Shown in pieces: positions 45,408 through 58,462 of a stretch of DNA of 64,000 nucleotides. This DNA is from Macrostomum hystrix (lineage: Eukaryota > Animalia > Platyhelminthes). A model generated the notes under the pieces. It had not been told where the DNA came from and did not search any database. It saw only the letters and a program-made list of their open reading frames with translations. The number at the start of each line of letters is the position of its first letter. Position 1 is the first letter of the stretch. The stretch is from NCBI GenBank assembly GCA_950097015.1, contig CATNEN010000009.1, positions 744,001 through 808,000 of the forward strand. The letters are read 5' to 3'. Made by a program: the position numbers and the translations under genes.

Positions 45408-47228
45408 TGGATATGGGAGAGAGGATATGGGAGAGAGGATATGGGAGAGAGGATATTGGAGAGTGGATATGGGAGAGAGGATATTGGAGAGTGGATATGG
45501 GAGAGAGGATATTGGAGAGTGGATATGGGAGTGTGGATATGGGAGAGAGGATATTGGAGAGTGGATATGTGAGAGAGGATATGGGACAGTGCATATGGGA
45601 TAGTGCGTATGGGAGAGAGGATATGGGAGAGAGGATATGGGAGTGAGGATATTGGAGAGTGGATATGGGAGAGAGGATATTGGAGAGTGGATATGGGAGT
45701 GTGTATATGGGAGAGAGGATATTGGAGAGTGGATATGTGAGAGAGGATATGGGATAGTGCATATGGGATAGTGCGTATGGGAGAGAGGATATGGGAGAGA
45801 GGATATGGGAGAGAGGATATGGGAGAGAGGATATGGGAGAGAGGATATGGGAGAGAGGATATGGGAGACAGGATATGGGAGTGAGGATATGGGAGTGAGG
45901 ATATGGGAGACAGGATATGGGAGAGAGGATATGGGAGAGAGGATATGGGAGAGAGGATATGGGAGAGAGGATATGGGAGAGAGGATATGGGAGAGAGGAT
46001 ATGGGAGAGAGGATATGGGAGAGAGGATATGGGAGAGAGGATATAGGAGACAGGATATGGGGGAGAGGATATGGGAGTGAGGATATGGGAGTGAGGATAT
46101 GGGAGACAGGATATGGGAGAGAGGATATGGGAGAGAGGATATGGGAGAGAGGATATGGGAGACAGGATATGGGAGTGAGGATATGGGAGTGAGGATATGG
46201 GAGACAGGATATGGGAGAGAGGATATGGGAGAGAGGATATGGGAGAGAGGATATGGGAGAGAGGATATGGGAGAGAGGATATGGGAGAGAGGATATGGGA
46301 GAGTGGATATGGGAGAGAGGATATGGGAGAGAGGATATGGGAGTGAGGATATGGGAGAGAGGATATGGGATAGTGCATATGGGATAGTGCGTATGGGAGA
46401 GAGGATATGGGAGAGAGGATATGGGAGAGAGGATATGGGAGAGAGGATATGGGAGAGAGGATATGGGAGAGAGGATATGGGAGACAGGATATGGGAGTGA
46501 GGATATGGGAGTGAGGATATGGGAGACAGGATATGGGAGAGAGGATATGGGAGAGAGGATATGGGAGAGAGGATATGGGAGAGAGGATATGGGAGAGAGG
46601 ATATGGGAGAGAGGATATGGGAGAGAGGATATGGGAGAGAGGATATGGGAGAGAGGATATAGGAGACAGGATATGGGGGAGAGGATATGGGAGTGAGGAT
46701 ATGGGAGTGAGGATATGGGAGACAGGATATGGGAGAGAGGATATGGGAGAGAGGATATGGGAGAGAGGATATGGGAGACAGGATATGGGAGTGAGGATAT
46801 GGGAGTGAGGATATGGGAGACAGGATATGGGAGAGAGGATATGGGAGAGAGGATATGGGAGAGAGGATATGGGAGAGAGGATATGGGAGAGAGGATATGG
46901 GAGAGAGGATATGGGAGAGTGGATATGGGAGAGAGGATATGGGAGAGAGGATATGGGAGTGAGGATATGGGAGAGTGGATATGGGAGAGAGGATATGGGA
47001 GAGAGGATATGGGAGAGAGGATATGGGAGAGAGGATATGGGAGAGAGGATATGGGAGAGAGGATATGGGAGAGTGGATATGGGGGAGAGGATATGGGAGA
47101 GAGGATATGGGAGAGAGGATATGGGAGAGAGGATATGGGAGAGAGGATATGGGAGAGAGGATATGGGAGAGAGGATATGGGGGAGAGGATATGGGAGAGA
47201 GGATATGGGGGAGTGGATATGGGAGTGA
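45408..47228. repeat. 14-bp minisatellite (GAGAGGATATGGGA)
   Basis: Direct reading, about 130 copies. Confidence 0.98.
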
Positions 47229-47473
47229 GAGGCCAAAGAGGCTAGGAATGACAGAATGGCTGTTAGCCGTTCACGAGACAGTTGTTGTTAGAGAATTTTG
47301 GCGGCGGATCAGGGCGGTGTTGTCTCTTTGAGTCCGGCAACTCTGGGCCGTAGCACTAACGAGCATCGCATTGTTAAGCTGCTCAGCGTCTGTCATGGCG
47401 CTTTATCTCGCATCATTGTGCTCAAAGATTGCTTTTAGGTGTGTTTTAGTATTGGATATTACCCTGGCTTTCA

Positions 47474-47686
47474 GCGGACCTGAGTGTTTTCTGAGCGGAC
47501 CTGAGTGTTTTCTGAGCGGACCTGAGTGTTTTCTGAGCGGACCTGAGTGTTTTCTGAGCGGACCTGAGTGTTTTCAGAGCGGACCTGAGTGTGTTCTGAG
47601 CGGACCTGAGTGTCTTCTGAGCGGACCTGAGTGTTTTCTGAGCGGACCTGAGTGTTTTCTGAGCGGACCTGAGTGTTTTCTGAGCG
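47474..47686. repeat. 21-bp minisatellite (AGCGGACCTGAGTGTTTTCTG) x10
   Basis: Direct reading. Confidence 0.94.
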
Positions 47687-47994
47687 GGTCTGAGACTCTC
47701 AAGTATGATAGGTTGTGTTTCATGATTCCTTGTTGCTGCCCTCTTGCTCAAATTGCAACTCTGAGTAGCCATTGAACCAGCTCACTGACAATCAAAGAAA
47801 CACGGCGTTGGCTGAAAACAGGTCATGAATGATCGATCTTCAATGCCCTGTGAAGCAGCGAATTAGCAGAATTGAGATCTGACTATCAATAGTTTATTTT
47901 TTTTCCAGCTCTTTAGCTAGTTGGCGGAGTCCAGTGGTGCTGGGTGAGTCGGAGTGATTCGGGGTGAGTCGGGTGAGTCAGTTCTCCGGATCCA

Positions 47995-48098
47995 TCAGAC
48001 TCCCGAGGCCTCGATGGATTCCCGTCGTTCTCGAGCATCATCTTCGACTGCATTGGGGACTGGGATAAGCCGCTGCTGCTGCTGCTGCTGCTCATTTT

Positions 48099-48130
<32 letters not shown>

Positions 48131-49362
48131 CGCCGCTGCTGCCGTCGCTGGGCAGTCTCCGGGCAGAACATTTTTCGCAGGTCCTCCCGAAAGTTGCGAT
48201 TCATGAAGCAGTAGATGAGCGGGTTGGTGGCGTGGGTCAGGTAGTACAGGTAGAATATGAGCACATTGAAGCCAATGATCTTCATGATCATGAGGGCAGC
48301 CGGGATAAAGGTGCCCGTGAACACGATCGTCACCACGAACAGCATCGCCGCCGTCTTCAGATTCTGCAGCGCGTCGCTGTCGACCAACCTCAGCGACTTA
48401 CGGCGGCCCCGCTGCTGCGCCGGGCCCGCGGCTGCCGCGTTGTCCGGCGCGTCACCGTTGACGTTGAGCCGCTGTTCCTCGGCGCAACAGTTGTTGTCTG
48501 GCGGCGAGCCCGGACCCAGCCGGACGAGCTGCTGCCGGTTCTGCCGCCGCTGCCGGCGCTGCCGCCGCAGACGCAGCACGGAGGCGTAGATCCGCACGTA
48601 CAGGGCAAACACCAGGGCGATGCACAGGCCGAATAGCGACAGGTGCAGCTTCTGGAAGATGTTGAAGAAGACGATGCTCGCGTCCGACACGGAGATTTGC
48701 GCCGCAGTGGCTGACGATTCGTTGGCGAGGCTCCGCTTCAGCTCGCTGATCTCGCGGCATTCGCCGTAGTCGGCGAACTCCAGCGCCGAGGACTCCGTGC
48801 CGTTGACCAGGCTGACCTCCACCCGGCGGACCACCACGCTGCAGAAGACGGCGATGGCGAGGCCGAGGGAGAAGGCGACGCTGCCCAGGGTGAGCACGAT
48901 GGCCTTGGCGCGTGGCACCGTGATGGCGCGCAGGAAGGGCCAGCAGATGCAGAAGTAGCGCTCAACCGCGATGGCTGCCATCAGCATGGAGGAGAAGGGG
49001 ATGCCGCTGCAGTTCAGCAGGTAGTACAGCTTGCAGGCCAGCGCGCTGCTCACGTAGTCGTTGACCTCCATGGCGATGGACATCGGGATGACTAGGCAGC
49101 AGGCGATGAGGTCTGACACGGCCAGGCTGATGATGAACACATTAGCCGCGTGGCCGTCCTTCTTCCTGGCGTAGACGTAGAGCACGATGAGGTTGCCGAC
49201 GAGACCCACGGCGATGATGGCCGCCATGACGCAGTAGGCCACCAGGTACAGCGGGTCCTTCGTGCTGCCCGCCGCCACGGCCGACGTCGCTGCCAGCGAC
49301 TCCGGCGTGGCATCGAACGGGTCAGCAAGGGAAATCTCGTTGACGCTGATGGAGTCAGTCAT
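47995..49362 (-). CDS. Class A GPCR with uninterrupted CDS (orphan/peptide-receptor-like), 455 aa, polyQ C-tail
   Basis: GLVGN (TM1), SLAVSD (TM2), AVERY (TM3), KTAAMLFVVT..FIP (TM6), NPLIY (TM7); strong GC3 bias; acceptor TTCTCAG|GC-ATG just before the start. Confidence 0.95.
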
Positions 49363-49394
49363 GCCTGAGAAGATTTAGGATTTGGGATTTCGTG

Positions 49395-49768
49395 TCTATC
49401 ACTGTAACAGGTGTCTATCCCTGTAACAGGTGTCTATCCCTGTAACAGGTGTCTATACCTGTAACAGGTGTCTATCCCTGTAACAGGTGTCTATCCCTGT
49501 AACAGGTGTCTATCCCTGTAACAGGTGTCTATACCTGTAACAGGTGTCTATCCCTGTAACAGGTGTCTATCCCTGTAACAGGTGTCTATCCCTGTAACAG
49601 ATGTCTATCACTGTAACAGGTGTCTATCCCTGCAACAGGTGTCTATCACTGTAACAGGTGTCTATCACTGTAACAGGTGTCTATCACTGTAACAGGTGTC
49701 TATCCCTGCAACAGGTGTCTATCCAGGTAACAGGTGTCTATCCCTGTAACAGGTGTCTATCCAGGTAA
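49395..49768. repeat. 19-bp minisatellite (CTGTAACAGGTGTCTATCC) in the predicted GPCR2 leader intron
   Basis: Direct reading. Confidence 0.94.
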
Positions 49769-49979
49769 CGTGTGTAACTTAATCAAACAGGTGTTTAATA
49801 AACTGACAGGTGTCATTTAGTTGAACAATAAGCAGGTGTTCCCATCCAGAAACTGCTGAGTAGATCATCGAAATACTCTCTACCCCAGCCCGCCTGTAGA
49901 TCTAGTTACCATGCAAACAATTTGCCCGCACAATATTGTCGCACTCCAAGGCTGTCTAGCGAAAGCCTGCCGCACTCAC

Positions 49980-50482
49980 CTGATAAAAAAACACGTGCAA
50001 AAATGCTCTGCCCCAGATCCCAAACCCAACAGACTGCAGCCATTTATGCAGGTGTCTCCTGGCGACTGTCAACACTCGCTGTGGGCAAACACGCAGCGAG
50101 GCAAGATGAAGTCGGGGGGGGGTCCGGAGGCTGGGACAAGATGAAGCCAGGGGGATCACGAGGCGGGGCAAATCGGCCAGGAAGAGGCTGCTCATCTGCT
50201 TCTCATGTGAGGCTGACCGTTTCAGGGCCGAATTTGACGGCTCTGGGGGGAATTCATTTTGAGCAGCCGAGTTCATTTCCGCTGGGACAATCCTCTGTGC
50301 CAACTGGGCCCGGCAAGGAAACTGTTTAAGCTCATAAAGCTTGAGCACTGTGCTCAGGCTAGGCAAGGCCAAGTCTGGATTAGGAGAGCCCTCAATCCGC
50401 TGCTCGGTGGGTCCTTGCCAGTGCTTGAGAATTTCTGCTAGATGAGGCTCACGAGCGATACGGGAAGCTGGGAGTGCGGACT
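49980..50482 (-). other. Predicted upstream (leader) exon of GPCR2
   Basis: Acceptor TTTTTACATCGCCAG| (50483) and strong donor CAG|GTGAGT (49979); pairs with the acceptor at 49365. No transcript evidence. Confidence 0.45.
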
Positions 50483-50559
50483 CTGGCGATGTAAAAAATG
50501 AGGAAGAACGAGGGAGGAAGACAAAGAGGATAGAGAACAGAGGGGAGGGGAAAACAGAG

Positions 50560-50905
50560 ACTAGAGTGGGAAAACAGAGACTAGAGTGGGAAAAAAGAGT
50601 GGAGAGAGGGGAAAACAGAGGGGAGAGAGGGGAAAACAGAGGGGAGAGAGGGGAAACCAGAGGGGAGAGAGGGGAAACCAGAGGGGAGAGAGGGGAAAAC
50701 AGAGGGGAGAGAGGGGAAACCAGAGGGGGGAGAGGGGAAACCAGAGGGGAGAGAGGGTAAACAAGAGGGGAGAGAGGGGAAACCAGAGGGGAGAGAGGGG
50801 ACACCAGAGGGGAGAGAGGGGAAACCAGAGGGGAGAGAGGGGAAACCAGACGGGAGAAAGGGGAAACCAGAGGGGAGAGAGGGGAAAAAAGAGTGGAGAG
50901 AGGGG
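50560..50905. repeat. 21-bp purine-rich minisatellite (GAGAGGGGAAACCAGAGGGGA)
   Basis: Direct reading. Confidence 0.92.
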
Positions 50906-51676
50906 AACGGTGACGGAAGAAGACACAGTGAAAGGCGGAAGAGCTGGATAGACAAACGGAGCGACTGGAAATAGGGGGTGCAATCAATGCAATTAAGAGG
51001 ACTCTAACAATGCCAGGCTGCCCTGCAGTTGCACCACCAAGCGGTTGTCAGTGTGCTCTAGATTGCAGTCGGACTAAAATATCCCCCAAATTCTGCACGG
51101 CAGTCTGGCAGTTTCGGTCATAGACACTCACAAGTCGCAGCTGCAGTTGTAATCACTCGCCTGGGAGACGGGCAGCCGGGCCGAGACAGGGGGGAGGTGG
51201 TGGCTGCCTGGGAATTAAAAATGGGCCGCTGATTGGGCCGGCGCCGAGGGGGAGCCGCAAATTTGATAAGGCTCAGCTGCGGCCGGCTGCGTGAGAAGAT
51301 CCAGGCAATTTCTTCCCCTTTCTCTGCTCCCGGGATCCCCCGGCCGGCCAAGCGAGGGGGTCGGAGCGAAAGTTAATGAAGAGCCCGCTCAGCTTTCACG
51401 CCAGAGAGCGCTGACTCCCGTTCGGGCCGGTCCCCGGGGATTTCGGTACTTCGCGGAGCCGCTCGCGAGCTGCCCACCGACGCGGTGTCAGACACCCGAG
51501 AACCGCGCCAGATGACCCGACTCTAATGAGCAGCGACCGATTGGCCAGCCGGAAATGGGAAGCGGCCTGAGCAGATCCCGGGACCGCTCCCAACTGCATC
51601 CACGAGCAGCCAGTGTTACATGAGCACTGGACACTGGCTGACGTGATTTATGACCGTGCTGGGCTACGGAAAACTG

Positions 51677-51951
51677 ACCTCACCTGAGAGACAGCCTGAC
51701 CCACCTCAGATACAGCCTGACCCACCTCAGATACAGCCTGACCCACCTCAGATACAGCCTGACCCACCTCAGATACAGCCTGACCCACCTCAGATACAGC
51801 CTGACCCACCTCAGATACAGCCTGACCCACCTCAGATACAGCCTGACCCACCTCAGATACAGCCTGACCCACCTCAGATACAGCCTGACCCACCTCAGAT
51901 ACAGCCTGACCCACCTCAGAGACAGCCTGACCCACCTCAGAGACAGCCTGA
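51677..51951. repeat. 21-bp minisatellite (CAGCCTGACCCACCTCAGATA), about 12 copies
   Basis: Direct reading. Confidence 0.95.
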
Positions 51952-52596
51952 TGGATCGTTGCCTGCTCAGTACCCTCAACATCCCAAGTGGCCGCATTCA
52001 GGGCTCAGGAGAGGTCCGAGTCAAAGAGCTCCGGAGAGTCCTCTGCTCAGAAAGTGAAGATCAGCCAATCGGTAGTCAAGGCAGAGTTTTGAAGTGGATC
52101 CATTAAGGCCGGACAGGTCCGATGGCATTAAATGGGGGGGCAGCTGGGGCAAGAATGATATGAGAGGAAGTTGGAATCAAGATGAGCTTTGTGTGACGGC
52201 AGCTGCTCGGCGAGTCGCAGCGGCAGCGACGCGGCTGTCAACAAAAAAAGCTTCTTTCTTTCTCTCTCTGAAGTCTTCTTCAAGATTGCCTTCATTGTTC
52301 GGATTGGCTGGCTTCTACACTGGAGAGGAACTCACTAGCAGAGCTCAAACTGGGTGAGCTGGTTTCACAGCGGCTGCAGCTCTCAAACCAACCCAAATTG
52401 GCGTGAAGGGCACTCGTGACCCGCCTTCAGGCACAGTCCAACTTCCCCGCAGGGGGGCTGGACACAGTTGCCTCAACAAGCTAACCTAAGCGCGCGCGTG
52501 AGAGAACATACCGCTGCTTTGCCAGAAACCTTAATAATTGACTATAATTTATGCGAACGCGAAAGTATCATTTATTTAGGATCTAGTTAGTGCCTT

Positions 52597-52632
<36 letters not shown>

Positions 52633-53035
52633 TCCCTTCCCAGCAGCAGCAGCGTCCCTTCCCAGCAGCACCCCACCTGTCCCAATGCAGCTCAAGACCG
52701 ACGAGAAAAAACGCTGCGAGTAGGAAGAAGCCACAGGTCTCGCGTGTCACAAGTCACCGCTGAATGGGGAAGGCAGCTCATACGAGATGCCTTTCTTACC
52801 CCGCGCCTGAGTTCTGAGTCTGAGAACTTCTCCTGGCTTGGCGTTTAGGAGCAGAGGGTGCTCAGAACCACCTCAGGAATTTGGGAGTCTGGCTTGGATG
52901 AGCGATGCGGCGGCAATCTTGAAGGAAACGCTGCTCCACTTCTTTGTTTTCACTGGCCTCCCTGCAACTTCCGGCAGTTTGCAGACAATTGCCATCGACT
53001 TGCCACACCCTCTAGCACCGCCTGCCGCTGCCAGC

Positions 53036-53672
53036 TGGCGACCTTCCACCAGCCTGTCACTCCACATGCTATACAGCCACTGCCCAGATTATAGACCTTC
53101 CACCAGCCTGTCACTCCTCATGCAGTCCAGCCACTGCCAGCTGACAATCTTCCACCAGCCTGTCACTCCATACGTCGTCCAGCCACTGCCAGACTATAGA
53201 CCTTCCACCAGCCTGTCACTCCACATTCTATACAGCCACTGCCCAGATAATAGACCTTCCACCAGCCTGTCACTCCACATTCTATACAGCCACTGCCCAG
53301 ATAATAGACCTTCCACCAGCCTGTCACTCCACATTCTATACAGCCACTGCCTGATTATAGACCTTCCACCAGCCTGTCACTCCACATTCTATACAGCCAC
53401 TGCCCAGATAATAGACCTTCCACCAGCCTGTCACTCCACATTCTATACAGCCACTGCCCAGATAATAGACCTTCCACCAGCCTGTCACTCCACATTCTAT
53501 ACAGCCACTGCCTGATTATAGACCTTCCACCAGCCTGTCACTCCACATTCTATACAGCCACTGCCCAGATAATAGACCTTCCACCAGCCTGTCACTCCAC
53601 ATTCTATACAGCCACTGCCTGATATAGACCTTCCACCAGCCTGTCACTCCTCATGCTATCCAGCCACTGCCA
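53036..53672. repeat. 54-bp minisatellite (TAGACCTTCCACCAGCCTGTCACTCCACATTCTATACAGCCACTGCCCAGATAA)
   Basis: Direct reading, about 11 copies. Confidence 0.94.
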
Positions 53673-54311
53673 GCAATCTCTCACCTGTCATTAAACCCGT
53701 GGCTTAGTACAAAAGCAGTCACCCATTCTGTTAAAAATGTGGCCATGAAGCAGCAGTGTCAGTGCATGCATCCGACTGTTCTCAGGGCGGTGAGAAGTTT
53801 CCCAACAACCCTCGCGCGGCTCCCGTCTCACCTGAATTTTGCGTTGAGCAGAGCTGCTATTCTGCAATCCTTGAGCTGCTTAACCGTGATGAGCTGCCGC
53901 GCGTGCCTCTGCGATAATTGCGATGACAATTTTTATCTCGTGAGCTCCACAGTGCTCAGGCTGTGCTCAGGTCCCAGGCTTGACTCAAAGAAACTGTCCG
54001 CGCGTAACAAACCTATCGATCAGGGATGGGATCAGTATCCTAAGGAGTGGGGATTCATGCCAAGTCTTATTAAGAGCTAAGGCTGAGGTGGCGGGCACAC
54101 GGGGCCACCCATTGGGCCGCGCTGCCAATCGGCCTGGGATTGCTGAGGGCAGAATTGAAAATGAGGATGGACAAAAACTGGATACAAAAGAGGGTTGGGC
54201 GAAAAAAACGGAATCCCAAAATCAGGGGAAGATGCTGGCTGTGAGGGCTGGGGAAGGGAGAAAGAGGGGGGCAAAGAGGAACTAAAAGAGGAAGATGAGA
54301 AAGGGGGCATT

Positions 54312-54708
54312 GAGGCAGGGAGATGCAGGGACAGGGGAGAGATGAGGGGAGAGAATGAAGTGGGGAGATGCAGGGACAGGGGAGAGATGAAGGGGGAGAA
54401 TGAGGCTGGGTGACACAGGGACAGGGAGAGATGAGGGGGGAGAATGAGGCTGGGTGACACAGGGACAGGGGAGAGATGAGGGGGGAGAATGAAGTAGGGT
54501 GACACAGGGACAGGGGAGAGATGAAGGGGGAGAATGAGACTGGGTGACACAGGGACAGGGGAGAGATGAAGGGGGATAATGAGGCTGGGTGACACAGGGA
54601 CAGGGGAGAGATGAGGGGGGAGAATGAGGCTGGGTGACACAGGGACAGGGGAGAGATGAGGGGGGAGAATGAAGTAGGTAGAGGCAGGGACAGGGGAGAG
54701 ATGAGGGG
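54312..54708. repeat. About 45-bp G/A-rich minisatellite (GGGTGACACAGGGACAGGGGAGAGATGAGGGGGGAGAATGAGGCT)
   Basis: Direct reading. Confidence 0.92.
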
Positions 54709-55975
54709 TCAGAGTTGGAAGAGGTCATACAGGATAAAATAAATAGGTAGATAGAAGTCCAGCTGGGAGGTGTGGGAAGGCAGGGAGGCAGAGAGGTGGG
54801 CATTGTGGGATCGAGCGTAGTGGAGTTTGATCCCATGAGTCCATGGCTTAGTCCCTAGCTAGGCAAGGTCGCTGCCCTAAGGCGCAATGGTAATGAGATG
54901 CATTGCTAGGGGTGGGGCAGAACACGAATCCCATTTCCCATCGCCCGTCCTCTGCCCAGTCCAGCCTTCAGCTCTCTTCTTCTATTCTTTTAACGAAGCG
55001 ACAACATTTTTTGAGTCGGTGACCGCGGCCAGCCCCCCCGGCCTAATCTTCCACTCCGGTTAAGGCGGGCGCAGGCCGGTCCGCAGTGCCAGAGCCGAGA
55101 AACTCAAATTTGAGGCCGCTCTCCAAGGCCCGCTTCTTTCTTTCAATTTTTTGTCAGAAATTTTTCACGTAGTTGCCACCCCAGACCCGAAAAAATGCCG
55201 AAAGTGCCGGAGTTCTAGAGCCGGGGCCGGAGCATCCGCTGTGAGCTGCGCCTAATTGGCAGCCCACCCCACCGCCGCTTTCTGAGAAACTGCCGCAGCC
55301 TCCGCCACCCCCGCCATCTCCACCAGTTGCCGCGCGGGCTGTGATGAATTTTGTAATAGAAAAAAGCGGAGCAGGATTTCCCCAGGAGGAGGCCGCGACA
55401 GGGCAAACACGGCTGTCCCGTTTGGGCTTCGCAATCGCGTGAGGCGCCTCCCGGTCTCGCCCGAAGGCACCGGCGATTGAAACAGCCGGCGGCGGCGGCG
55501 GCAGGCGGAGGAGGAGGAGGAGGAGGAGGACCTCTTGAAGGAAGGGCTTTGTTTGACGGCGAGGGGAGAGCGAGAAACAATGTCGCTGCTCATTGAAAAC
55601 CCGCCGGCTGAGAACTGTCGCTCGGTTTCAACCGACTGTGCTCACAGAGGTAGCAGAGGTTATCGCACTGGGGCAGGCAGTCAGAGGCTACTTTGAAATT
55701 TACGAGATTTGCCTTTGAGTGAACCAGAACTTGGCCGCTGAGCTGAGCAGCAAATGCTCAGCCGCTGAAAGCGAGCTCTGTGATTCATGCAAATGAAGAC
55801 TGAAGCAATTATGGCTTGGCTGAGTCTGTCGTGCGGCTGATAGCCAGGTCAGGAGACTGCAGCAGTCGCGATCAATTGTGAGCTCTATTTTTCTCCTTCA
55901 ATTTTGCATAATTGCCCTGCCTGCCGCATTTGGAACAGCAATCAATGAAAGCTACAGAGAGAGCTGGCACTCCAG

Positions 55976-56191
55976 CCAATCAGAGAGGGAGTGAGGTGGA
56001 GAGATCTGCTACTCAACCCAATCAGAGAGCGAGTGAGGTGGAGAGATATTTGACTGCTGCCAATCAGAGAACAAGTGAGGTGGAGAGAGCTGGCACTCCA
56101 GCCAATCATAGAGTCGGTGAGATAAGAGAAAGCCGGGACGGGACGAAGGGTGTAGAGAGGAAGCTAGGAGTCTAGAACTCTATCGACCAAT
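55976..56191. promoter_or_regulatory. Cluster of five CCAAT boxes in a degenerate ~42-bp repeat
   Basis: CCAAT at about 55976, 56018, 56060, 56102 and 56187, next to a GC-rich stretch (55000-55600); promoter role is inference. Confidence 0.35.
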
Positions 56192-57483
56192 CGGAAAGTC
56201 GATCAGCGAGTCATGCAGAAAATATGCTGGGTAGCGGGTTTTTTATCACTTAAAGATTGGGGTTAGAAATTGGGAAAGAAATTAAGAAAGAAATAAAGAA
56301 ATATTCACAGAAGCCCAGACAGCACTTCAGAAGCAGCGGGCTTTTCCATTAGCTTTGGGGCTAGTTCAAATGAATGCAGAGAAGTCAGCCTTGAATGCAT
56401 GTTTCTGGCCCAATTAATTTCCGTCCGAAATGACCCACCGGTTGCCACCTGGACCGGCAAGAGGCTTGAGTGATATGGCCCAGCGACCAGCCAAGTAATT
56501 TGAGAACACTTCAGATTGAGAAAGTTTTGAGCAGGCTTTCCGGACAAGATTAATGAGATTTGCTGCCGTTGGTCTTATGGCTTCATTCAAAGCACCACTC
56601 TATACCTATTCTTGAAGCTGTTCCTCCGAAAAAGAAGTTGGAAGGAAATTGACAAGATTGTCCCTTTGAAAGCAGATTTCAGTGGGGCTTTTCTAGCCAT
56701 GGCAATCTGTCATTTTTTTATTTGCCAAACCATTTTTTCTGCGGCTCTCCTCGCCAGTCTATTTTTAGCTTCCACATCTCTGGCTGAGACAAAGCCCGAC
56801 CCCAGTCAGGCTCGGCGGTCTGTGATTGGCTAGAGCTAGGCCTGACATCGATGCGTTTTCTGAACCTCTCGATTTCAATCCAGTTTCGTGTGTGATTTGA
56901 GAGAGTCAAACAATGAATATGCTTTTTAACACAACGAGCTATTCTAAGAAAAGAATGCTTTAATGAAAAACTGCTTCAGAAAATTGAATTTCTGTAGATG
57001 CTTCTTCCGAAAGCCGCAGTGAATTTTCCAAGGGATCGCATACGACTCAATAACTGCCAGCCGGTTTTTGAGAGATTTGAAAGAAAAGCCAGCACAATGT
57101 CAGCCACAGCCCAACTGCCATGCGGCTCATTGCTGGCTGCAGCAGTCTCAGTGAATGCAATTCACGCTTGGTTAATTCCGAATACAAAACTCAATGGAAA
57201 ATTGGCGAGCATTGACTGGCAGCTGCGGGACTCGACTAAAGAGCTTTCCCTGGCTGATCCCATTGTGCTGAGGGCCAATCAGTACCTCATCTCCACCGGG
57301 TGCAAAATTAGCTGCAATTAATGAGCAGTTGAGGCCATGCGGGTCCTGCGTCAGAGCATTCACTAGGAGGTCGCATGTGCTCCATCATTGATTGAAACAG
57401 GCTGCAGTGCTGGATGGGCAACCAGCATCCCTTCCTCATCCCCTATAGCGATTCAAATGAGAGATTGCTTCATGACGCGAACT

Positions 57484-58064
57484 GTCTAACAGGTGATGCT
57501 GCTGTCTAACAGGTGATGCTGCTGTCTAACAGGTGATGCTGCTGTCTAACAGGTGATGCTGCTGTCTAACAGGTGTTGATGCCGTCTAAAAGGGGATGCT
57601 GCTGTCTAACAGGTGTTGATGCTGTCTAACAGGTGCTGATGCTGTCTAAAAGGGGATGCTGCTGTCTAACAGGTGTTGATGCTGTCTAAAAGGTGATGCT
57701 GCTGTCTAACAGGTGTTGATGCTGTCTAAAAGGGGATGCTGCTGTCTAACAGGTGTTGATGCTGTCTAAAAGGGGATGCTGCTGTCTAACAGGTGATGCT
57801 GCTGTCTAACAGGTGTTGATGCTGTCTAACAGGTGTTGATGCCGTCTAAAAGGGGATGCTGCTGTCTAACAGGTGATGCTGCTGTCTAACAGGTGTTGAT
57901 GCTGTCTAACAGGTGCTGATGCTGTCTAAAAGGGGATGCTGCTGTCTAACAGGTGTTGATGCTGTCTAACAGGTGATGCTGCTGTCTAACAGGTGTTGAT
58001 GCTGTCTAACAGGTGCTGATGCTGTCTAACAGGGGATGCTGCTGTCTAACAGGTGATGCTGCTG
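57484..58064. repeat. 20-bp minisatellite (GCTGTCTAACAGGTGATGCT and variants)
   Basis: Direct reading. Confidence 0.95.
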
Positions 58065-58462
58065 TGTGAATCAGAGTAATCTCAAGACCGCCTCTTACGC
58101 GCAGCAGCAGCAGGTGCAATTTCAGGTCGGGGAGTTCCACTTCTGTTTTGTAAACAAGCTTCATCAACTCAAAAAGTTCCGTCGTCACGTTCTGCAAAGT
58201 CCCGAACCGGCATGGGACATTGTCACGGGGGCCGCGTGCCCGACTGTTTTGTGGCTGAAAAACATTTCTGGCTGCTTGGGCGGCTTTTTGGAAAAAAGTA
58301 AATGCAACAATTGCTAGGCGTGCTAATCAATGATTAACGAGAAGCAGCAGCAGCAGCAGCTGAAGCCAGGCCGAGAATGAACTTGCGGTCGGAAATTTCA
58401 AGCAACTCGCAACGTCAGCGCTGCGCCTAAAGAGAAAAAGAAGATTTTTGAGCTTCGAGAGA

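Noticed and set aside
55252-55593. 113-aa ORF (MSSDIV...) as a first coding exon
   Set aside because: Low complexity, no suitable donor found and no recognisable family; it may be a GC-rich leader or promoter.
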